This document shows positions 57,876 to 64,000 of a DNA stretch of 64,000 nt, one piece after another. Made by a program: the position numbers and the translations under genes. The notes under the pieces were generated by a model. The model saw only the letters and a list, made by a program, of their open reading frames with translations, was not told the origin of the DNA and made no database searches. Position 1 is the first letter of the stretch, and every line of letters begins with the position of its first letter. This stretch comes from an uncultured Candidatus Saccharibacteria bacterium (GTDB taxonomy: Bacteria > Patescibacteriota > Andersenbacteria > UBA10190), in contig CAZSUC010000001.1 of NCBI GenBank assembly GCA_964610055.1, forward strand, positions 588,977 to 652,976, in the 5' to 3' direction.

Positions 57876-57896
57876 CGGTCAAATTATCGTCTACCC

Positions 57897-59519
57897 TTAT
57901 TCCAACATTCCACCAAACCTTGGCGTCTCGGTCCCTGCATCTAATTTAACTTTCCATTTCCGCGGCAAATATTTTCGCAACACTTCTAACTCCTCACATC
58001 GGAATAACATACATAACCCTAAATAGGCCATTGCCCCGCCTACAAAGGCTCCAACCATCTGTACGCTCACACCCCAAAACCGCGTCATATTCACCCAAGG
58101 CTCAATTGCATACTTTAATCCTTGTACCACCATACCAGCCAATCCGCTCGCCACCGCGATCCTGATCATACTTGCCACCACCGCTTTATCATCAAACCCA
58201 TTCAGTTCTATATGCAGTTTTCCTAGCAATAACACCAAAGTTATAATCGCTGATGCCGAAAAAGCCAAGGCCAATCCTTCCACCCCCATACGCGGCGACA
58301 ACCAAATTGCCAATCCAATATTCGCCGCCATACTAATCAAAGAAATAACAACTGGTGTTGCTGTATTTTGTCTGACATAAAAAGCCCTAATCAACAACGG
58401 AGCGGCTGCTTGAGCAAATAAACTAACCAACAATAGACCTAAAATTGAATACGTCATAATAGTATCATTCCAATCAAACGCCCCATCACCAAACAAAACT
58501 CGCACAATTTGAGCGCGTAATAAATAAGCAAAAGCCGCGGTTGGTACTGTTAAAAAGATAATATAACGAAATGTTCGCGTTAGCGTCATCCGAAAATCTT
58601 TCGCCTGCTTCCGCGCCCATTGTTCGGCTAATGTTGGAAAAGCCGCTTGCGCAAATGCCAATCCAAAAATACCCACCGGTACGCTTTGAATGTTATTCGC
58701 CAAATGAAATGTCGCAATACTGCCAGCCGAAAGAGTCGAGCCAATAATGGTTACTAAAAACAAATTCATTTGTTGGCCTGCCATACCAAACATTCTCGGT
58801 ATAATCATCCGCCGTAAAGTTTTTACGTCTTTTGATTTCCATTTCATAACCGGACGCCACCGCCATCCCAACCGCCAAACACTCGGCAATTGAACTAAAG
58901 CATGCAAAGCTGCTCCTAACACCACCCCCCATCCTAACCCCGCCACTCCTAACCATGGCACCAGCCACACCACACCAACAATAATACCGATGTTGTAAAC
59001 AATCGGAGCCAACGCATACGCCACAAATCGCTTAAATGAATTCAGCACCCCTGAAAACATAAAGCTAATACTCAATAAAATTGGCTGTAATGCCATTATG
59101 CGAGATAAAGTGATCGTCATTTCTAACTTATCTCCCATAAAACCAGGTGTAATTAAAGGCACAATCCAACGCGCCCCTAATGCATATCCTGCGCTCAACA
59201 CTATCACTGTTAACAACACAATATTTAAGACCGACAAAGAGAAGTCAAAGGCCTCCTCATGATTACCTTTTTTACCTTTAACTAATTTCTCCGTAAACAA
59301 CGGAATGAAGGCTGCCGATAAAGCGCCCATCACTACTAAATTAAAAATCAAATCCGGCAAACGGAAAGCTGCAACAAACGCATCAAAAATATCGCCGGCC
59401 CCAAAAGTCGTAGTCATCACCCGTTCCCGTAACAACCCCACGACACGCGACCCTAACGACGCTACCGAGAGCCACAAAGCTGCTGAAATTAATTTTTGTG
59501 TATTGCCGTTCTTAATCAC
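57897..59519 (-). CDS. murJ: Lipid II flippase MurJ (MviN family)
   Basis: LGSRVVGLLRERVMTTTFGAGDIFDAFVAAFRLPDLIFNLVVMGALSAAFIPLF matches the MurJ N-terminus. 540 aa and polytopic. Confidence 0.9.
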   Translation of the reverse strand: MIKNGNTQKLISAALWLSVASLGSRVVGLLRERVMTTTFGAGDIFDAFVAAFRLPDLIFNLVVMGALSAAFIPLFTEKLVKGKKGNHEEAFDFSLSVLNIVLLTVIVLSAGYALGARWIVPLITPGFMGDKLEMTITLSRIMALQPILLSISFMFSGVLNSFKRFVAYALAPIVYNIGIIVGVVWLVPWLGVAGLGWGVVLGAALHALVQLPSVWRLGWRWRPVMKWKSKDVKTLRRMIIPRMFGMAGQQMNLFLVTIIGSTLSAGSIATFHLANNIQSVPVGIFGLAFAQAAFPTLAEQWARKQAKDFRMTLTRTFRYIIFLTVPTAAFAYLLRAQIVRVLFGDGAFDWNDTIMTYSILGLLLVSLFAQAAAPLLIRAFYVRQNTATPVVISLISMAANIGLAIWLSPRMGVEGLALAFSASAIITLVLLLGKLHIELNGFDDKAVVASMIRIAVASGLAGMVVQGLKYAIEPWVNMTRFWGVSVQMVGAFVGGAMAYLGLCMLFRCEELEVLRKYLPRKWKVKLDAGTETPRFGGMLE

Positions 59520-59522
59520 ACC

Positions 59523-61466
59523 TTATTGCCTTTCTAAAACCGCCCCTACCAACACGTCTTGGTTAAGCTCTCCTCGATAAACCAACTCTTGGCTGCTTGT
59601 TGTTGTAATTCCGTCATGAGGGATAGTATGCACAATCCCTATGTTTTCGGGAAGCCGTATTTCTACTCGCACTTCTGTTCGATTATCACCTGGTTGTTTT
59701 ACTACATAAGTTTCGTATCTCTCTGCTGGATCTAACAAATCCGGTAAGTCCGCTGCGCCCGGTAATCGATAGCGGTAAATTCCCACTGTCGTTGCTCCCG
59801 GTTTAGTTATCATCCAATTAGCAAAAAACTTATATCCACTTTCTTGACCAATCACCGTGCCGCTAACATCCGCCACTTGCGCTCGTTGCCATTCCGCTAA
59901 ATCAGGATCAGCCGTTAATTCCTCTGGCAATTCTGGAAAATCATATCGCGGCACATCTGCAGCTTCTGTAAAACCTCGTGCCTCTATTAACTCTGCCTCA
60001 TCCGGTACTAATACTCGCTGCCAAACTACATTATCTTTATACGCTGGGTTTTCGCCATCAGGATATTCACGATCCAATATCTCTTCCGGACCCCGATGCG
60101 TTCGCCTAATCGTAACTGTCACTTCCACATCGCCATTGCTTTGCACATCGCTGCGATAATCAATCTCTTGATCCATAAACTGATCACTCTTATGCCCTCC
60201 AATATTTGTATTATTTACATAAAGCAAGCCTAACTGTTCCTCAGGCAACTCTCCACTCCAATTTAACTCATGTACTCGCGCCTGTTCCTCTGTTCTTGTT
60301 AAATTAACTAATAAACTTTTTTTCTGAATTGCATTATTCATGACATTTAACACATCTAATACTGCTTTCGAATCTTGTGCGAACACTCGATTCAACAAAA
60401 CCGGCGTTAAGTCAGCCAAAAATTGTTTCGGCCGATTAACTTCTTTATCGTAATCATATGTCACCTCGTCTTGAGTTAGCGCAATGAAGTTATCCTCATC
60501 CACCGTCACGTTATAAGTTGGCATTTCAATTGGACCAGTAATCGCTAACAAATCTTGAATAATCTCTGGAGTAATTGCAATGACTCCATCCACCTTTGAT
60601 CCACCCTCCTTTTCCCAAAACGACTGAATTTTCTCTGCACTTAAGTCAAAATCAACAAACCAATTAGCATCTCGTAAGTACCATCTATCCGTAATTCCTC
60701 GCATCGGATCAGGTGGTGCAATATATTCTTTTAATTGTCCGTCCGGATCATATACTGTTTGCACATCTACTTCTTCCACCTGACCTCGACTAACATTTAC
60801 CACTCCTAGACTTCCAATAAATCCACCTGTTGGCCGCAATTCATGATTGTTTTGAAACACTAACAAATAACGTCGATCTTCTTGCGCTCCTAAAACTGAT
60901 AACAATAAATCACTTTGTTCATTGAAAGATTGAATTGATGCTAATAATTCTGGCACTACTTCTTTCAACATTTGCGCAGGCTCTTTTACGGATGCTGGCA
61001 ACAACAAAGTATTAACGCCATTTAAGTTTTCGACTGCGTCTTCCAACGCCGCTTGTGCCACTCCCATATTCTCTTGTGTAATCTCCAGCGCGCCAACCAA
61101 AGTCCTTTCCGACTTTTGATTACTACCGATTACCGACCCACTTGAAGCCATTAAAACAGACAACGCTTCCGTAACTCTCTGCCCTGCCTCAGTTACACTT
61201 TCCGCTGCCGCTAACATATTATCGCCTGAACGGACTGTGCCTGTAACATCTAAAGTTTCTAGAACTAATCGCGATGCTGATAAAGCATCCCGCAGTTGCT
61301 CTCGCGCTTCCATCAATTGCTCCTTGGCGTTAGCAAAATTTTCACTCCCAGTTTCAAAATCGCTTTGCGATACCGCCGCCTGCGCAGCTGCCACTTCATT
61401 CAAAGCCTCTTTCGTGCGTCTAATAATTGGGCCAATTGCAACATACCCTCGACCCAAAGCTTGCAA
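59523..61466 (-). CDS. DUF4012 domain protein (as annotated from TTG 61466; probably lacks its true N-terminus)
   Basis: YLLVFQNNHELRPTGGFIGSLGVVNV is the DUF4012 hallmark. The frame stays open upstream to 61547 and encodes a TM helix (LVSNALILIIGCGIGWLAL) with no canonical start codon. Confidence 0.8.
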   Translation of the reverse strand: MQALGRGYVAIGPIIRRTKEALNEVAAAQAAVSQSDFETGSENFANAKEQLMEAREQLRDALSASRLVLETLDVTGTVRSGDNMLAAAESVTEAGQRVTEALSVLMASSGSVIGSNQKSERTLVGALEITQENMGVAQAALEDAVENLNGVNTLLLPASVKEPAQMLKEVVPELLASIQSFNEQSDLLLSVLGAQEDRRYLLVFQNNHELRPTGGFIGSLGVVNVSRGQVEEVDVQTVYDPDGQLKEYIAPPDPMRGITDRWYLRDANWFVDFDLSAEKIQSFWEKEGGSKVDGVIAITPEIIQDLLAITGPIEMPTYNVTVDEDNFIALTQDEVTYDYDKEVNRPKQFLADLTPVLLNRVFAQDSKAVLDVLNVMNNAIQKKSLLVNLTRTEEQARVHELNWSGELPEEQLGLLYVNNTNIGGHKSDQFMDQEIDYRSDVQSNGDVEVTVTIRRTHRGPEEILDREYPDGENPAYKDNVVWQRVLVPDEAELIEARGFTEAADVPRYDFPELPEELTADPDLAEWQRAQVADVSGTVIGQESGYKFFANWMITKPGATTVGIYRYRLPGAADLPDLLDPAERYETYVVKQPGDNRTEVRVEIRLPENIGIVHTIPHDGITTTSSQELVYRGELNQDVLVGAVLERQ

Positions 61467-61525
61467 ATTTTGTAACGCTAACCAACCAATCCCACATCCA
61501 ATAATTAGGATCAGGGCATTAGAAA

Positions 61526-62218
61526 CTAATCGACGTACAGTTTTTTTTTACGCCAAGCCTCCTTTAACGCTTCTGTTAACTCTATGTCTTGTCCGGCTTT
61601 TGCCGGAACAATATTTTTCGGAAAAATACTAAAGTGCAGAGGTAAGGCAAACCGACGCTTAGGCGGTTGGATTGCATTTTGCTCATTTACTTTAATCTCT
61701 GCTCCGTCAGGTTTTTGCTTTTTGTCTTCCCATTCATACGGCATATCTCGCTCTTTTGTAATCAGTACCTTAACCGGCTTTGGTTGCATCATTTTTGTTT
61801 TATTGGTTCCTCGGGCTGGAGGAGTCATTCTTTTCGATTGCGCCAACATGTTTCCATACGGCGGCAACATTACACTCGCCCCCGGCTTATTCTCTCGCCA
61901 TACATCGCCAGTATGTTGTTCTACTCCTCGTTTCGGTTTCGGCGTTCGCCGCATAGAATATAGAGGATACTTTGAAGGTAATTCAGAATATAAAGGTCTC
62001 CGCTCAAATTGAATAATTGCTTGCTGTTGTCGCCTCTTGCGTCTTTGTCTTTCTAATTCATATCGTACTGGGCGGCGCAAACGTGCTGGCAATTTCCAAT
62101 CAAACTGCACAACTGGCGGCTGCGGTTTAGCCGCTTTCTTCGGTACTCGCCGTGTCTTTCCGTGCGCAATTTTTCGCTCCGGTCTTAACGGTTTTTTTGG
62201 AGGAACTACATCGTACAC
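61526..62218 (-). CDS. Basic, Pro/Lys/Arg-rich protein (230 aa); probable N-terminal part of the DUF4012 protein
   Basis: MYDVVPPKKPLRPERK... is low-complexity and basic. It ends ...RKKKLYVD* directly after an A9 run (T9 at 61541-61549 on the + strand). A -1 shift there continues into the DUF4012 frame. Confidence 0.6.
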   Translation of the reverse strand: MYDVVPPKKPLRPERKIAHGKTRRVPKKAAKPQPPVVQFDWKLPARLRRPVRYELERQRRKRRQQQAIIQFERRPLYSELPSKYPLYSMRRTPKPKRGVEQHTGDVWRENKPGASVMLPPYGNMLAQSKRMTPPARGTNKTKMMQPKPVKVLITKERDMPYEWEDKKQKPDGAEIKVNEQNAIQPPKRRFALPLHFSIFPKNIVPAKAGQDIELTEALKEAWRKKKLYVD

Positions 62219-62252
62219 ACGCTTATTATATCATCATGCTACACTATAACCA

Positions 62253-63644
62253 ATGTCACAGTTTCTCCCTCTTGGTCAGCATGATCTACCACCCGCCCTA
62301 TCTTTCCGCCGCTTGATTGGCCCCAGCTTTATTATCTTAGGTCTCGGCTTAGGTAGCGGCGAGGTCATTCTTTGGCCTTATCTTTCTAGTAACTATGGTC
62401 TCGGTATTGTTTGGGCTATTGTCGTCGGTATTACCATGCAGTTTTTCATCAACTTAGAAGTCGAACGATACGCTTTAATTTATGGTGAAAGCATTTTTGT
62501 CGGTTTCGCACGCATGCTGCGTTATCTTCCCGCCTGGTTTATTCTCACCACCTTCTTTGGTTTCGGCTGGCCCGGTATCGGTTTAGCCGGCGCAACTTTA
62601 CTTGCTCATGCTTTCGGTATTTCTAATGTAAACATCGCGGCCATCGCCATCTTTCTCCTTATCGGACTTATCTTGTCTTTTGGACGCGTTCTTTACCAAA
62701 CCGTTGAAAATATTCAAAAATGGCTGATCGGCTTAGGTGTCCCGGCAATTATTCTGCTCACTCTTTACCTATCTTCTCGAGCTGACTTTGTTGTTCTCGC
62801 CCAAGGTTTAATTGGCCACGGTCACAATTTTTGGTTCTTACCCGACGGCTTAGCAATTGCTGCTTTTTTAGGCGCTCTGGCTTTCTCTGGGGCAGGCGGA
62901 AATCTTAATCTGGCTCAATCTTTTTACGTGCGCGACAAAGGTTACGGCATGGGAAAATATTCTGCACGAATTACTAATCTGCTCCACGAAAATCAAGATG
63001 ACGCTCACTTTCACCTCACCGGCTCCACTTTCCCTCTGTCTTCTTCTAACCTCAGTCGCTTTCATCGTTGGTGGCGCATCATGAATCTCGAACACTTTTT
63101 AATTTTTTGGGTTCTCGGTTTGATTACAATGTTAACCCTAGCTTTATTAGCTTACGTCACCGCTTACGGCACACCTGGCAATGAGCAAAATATTACTTTC
63201 GTTCTCAATGAAGCCACTGCCATCAGCCAACTCACTCTTCCTGTTATCAGCCTGTTATTCCTGATCATAACTGGCATCATGCTTTCCGCCACCCAGATGA
63301 CTGTGCTTGATTCCACTAGTCGTATCATCGCCGAAAATTGGCTGCTCTTTACGCGCAAAGCTAAAGGCAAAATGGCACACCTGTATTATTTTATTCTTTG
63401 GGCTCAAATCGCTTTTGGAATCCTGGTTTTCCTGGCTGGATTTAACGAACCGAAACAATTAATTATTACTTCCGCTGTCATTAATGCTTTCACCATGTTT
63501 ATTTACACCGGACTTTTACTTTGGTTAAATAATAGTCGCTTGCCTCAACCTCTTAAACCTCGTGCCTGGCGCAATGTCGCTCTCGCTATTACTTTTCTCT
63601 TTTTCGGTGTTTTCTGCGTTTTGTATCTCATTGATAAATTTTAA
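62253..63644 (+). CDS. Nramp-related polytopic transporter
   Basis: 463 aa with about 11 TM helices. The N-terminal GLGLGSGEVILWPYLSSNYGLGIVWAIVVGITMQFFINLEVERYALIYGESI parallels the first Nramp/MntH segments, although the canonical DPGN is absent. Confidence 0.6.
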   Translation: MSQFLPLGQHDLPPALSFRRLIGPSFIILGLGLGSGEVILWPYLSSNYGLGIVWAIVVGITMQFFINLEVERYALIYGESIFVGFARMLRYLPAWFILTTFFGFGWPGIGLAGATLLAHAFGISNVNIAAIAIFLLIGLILSFGRVLYQTVENIQKWLIGLGVPAIILLTLYLSSRADFVVLAQGLIGHGHNFWFLPDGLAIAAFLGALAFSGAGGNLNLAQSFYVRDKGYGMGKYSARITNLLHENQDDAHFHLTGSTFPLSSSNLSRFHRWWRIMNLEHFLIFWVLGLITMLTLALLAYVTAYGTPGNEQNITFVLNEATAISQLTLPVISLLFLIITGIMLSATQMTVLDSTSRIIAENWLLFTRKAKGKMAHLYYFILWAQIAFGILVFLAGFNEPKQLIITSAVINAFTMFIYTGLLLWLNNSRLPQPLKPRAWRNVALAITFLFFGVFCVLYLIDKF

Positions 63645-63653
63645 TTGAAATAT

Positions 63654-63677
63654 AAAAGCCGGTGCGCTATGCACCAG
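63654..63677 (-). terminator. Possible intrinsic terminator
   Basis: The minus strand forms CUGGUGC-auagc-GCACCGG (7 bp including one G-U) followed by CUUUUAUAUUU. The U-tract is short. Confidence 0.4.
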
Positions 63678-63697
63678 CATTGCCGTTACGGCGGCAT

Positions 63698-64000
63698 TTA
63701 ATCAAGGGAACCAAAGAGAGGCTGACAACCAGGCGGAACGATACTATTTAGCGAGTAGCACCCCGCTTCAATGTATGGCAATTGCCCGCACTTCTGTATC
63801 AGACTCACATACAGAATCATTGAAGTCCCCCGTGGAGACCTCAACACAGTGCCCAAAAAATCACGATGCAAGACCGTCTCCTCTGGAAATACCTTAGCCA
63901 GCAAAGAATCCCGCTCTTGCTCTGTCGGCTTCTCTGTCCTTTGAAAATCATCAAGCAAATCAAGAAATTGGGACAATCCCAACGGACACAGCAAAGTATG
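63698..64000 (-). CDS. 3' end of an unidentified ORF running off the window edge
   Basis: The frame is open to position 64000. The first part (…SQFLDLLDDFQRTEKPTEQERDSLLAKVFPEETVLHRDFLG) looks protein-like, while the last ~45 codons do not. The base composition is balanced. Confidence 0.3.
   Translation of the reverse strand, partial: HTLLCPLGLSQFLDLLDDFQRTEKPTEQERDSLLAKVFPEETVLHRDFLGTVLRSPRGTSMILYVSLIQKCGQLPYIEAGCYSLNSIVPPGCQPLFGSLD

Noticed and set aside
57300-57900. tmRNA, SRP (4.5S), 6S, T-box, or a TPP, FMN, glycine, ykkC, ZTP or c-di-GMP riboswitch in the lepA-upstream region.
   Set aside because: None of the diagnostic cores could be found on either strand. I looked for a tRNA-like 3' end with a GGUUCGA T-loop, the GGAAGCAGCC SRP motif, the T-box sequence, and the CUGAGA and ACCUGAUCUGGAUAAUGCCAGCG boxes, among others. 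Only 7-9-nt chance-level matches turned up.
63730-63770. Group II intron domain V-like 34-nt hairpin (AGC at its base, with an interrupted 13-bp helix), plus GTGCG at 63662.
   Set aside because: The hairpin lacks the conserved AGCCGUAU...ACGGUUC pairing and the GNRA loop. The GTGCG lies on the opposite strand relative to the hairpin. No reverse-transcriptase ORF is visible in the window.
1-64000. Long antisense or shadow ORFs in the supplied track, for example 10397-10789, 18583-19110, 22473-22883, 39170-39542, 41006-41419, 51779-52252, 55653-56168, 61237-61632 and 61584-62012.
   Set aside because: Each lies fully inside a longer ORF on the other strand that carries clear family motifs. Their translations are low-complexity (rich in S, P, T, L and H), as expected from the G-poor + strand, which is depleted in some stop codons.
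1-64000. tRNA genes, rRNA genes, CRISPR arrays, IS elements, transposases, integrases and prophage genes.
   Set aside because: Scanning intergenic regions and ORF translations by eye gave no cloverleaf-compatible sequence with a GGUUCGAAUCC-type T-arm, no rRNA signatures, no direct-repeat/spacer array, and no DDE, tyrosine or serine recombinase motifs.

Overview
Gene-dense 64-kb chromosomal segment of about 60 CDS, with no rRNA, tRNA, CRISPR array or transposase recognised. A DUF4012 protein, many GT-C/YfhO-type membrane glycosyltransferases and tightly overlapping genes are reminiscent of Patescibacteria/CPR-like small genomes, but taxonomy cannot be proven from this sequence. Most of the window is a cell-envelope glycan supercluster. 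It holds GT2/GT4 glycosyltransferases, three SAM methyltransferases, a pseudaminic-acid-type nonulosonate cluster (pseB/pseC/GNAT/cytidylyltransferase/ATP-grasp/HAD/pseI) and an MsbA-like ABC exporter. It also holds nine large polytopic GT-C/YfhO-like proteins, a complete ADP-heptose pathway in biochemical order, rmlA/C/D, a polyprenyl-phosphate GT2, lepA, murJ, a DUF4012 protein and an Nramp-like transporter. The most unusual locus is at 33.9-40.1 kb. A minus-strand element with the conserved cobalamin-riboswitch core and an SD-sequestering terminator hairpin sits directly upstream of a tightly coupled four-gene operon. The operon encodes a 616-aa hyper-acidic repeat protein, a Clp/Hsp100-like double-AAA+ ATPase with a degenerate first ATPase module, a 74-aa protein and a soluble TraD/VirD4-like P-loop ATPase. 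None of these has a known link to B12. Next to it lies a compositionally distinct mini-island with two paralogous TTG-initiated small genes. Other notable items are a ~600-nt structured, G-rich region upstream of lepA, a T9/A9 homopolymer that separates a basic ORF from the DUF4012 ORF, a soluble module shuffled between GT-C paralogs, and a window-wide C>G bias on the + strand that disappears only in a few short patches. The region upstream of lepA carries two intrinsic terminators, two consensus-like promoters and an MTPPG mini-ORF with a perfect SD. At the homopolymer, a -1 shift would add the missing N-terminal region and TM helix to the DUF4012 protein. All calls rest on manual reading of the ORF translations and DNA; no database search was run.
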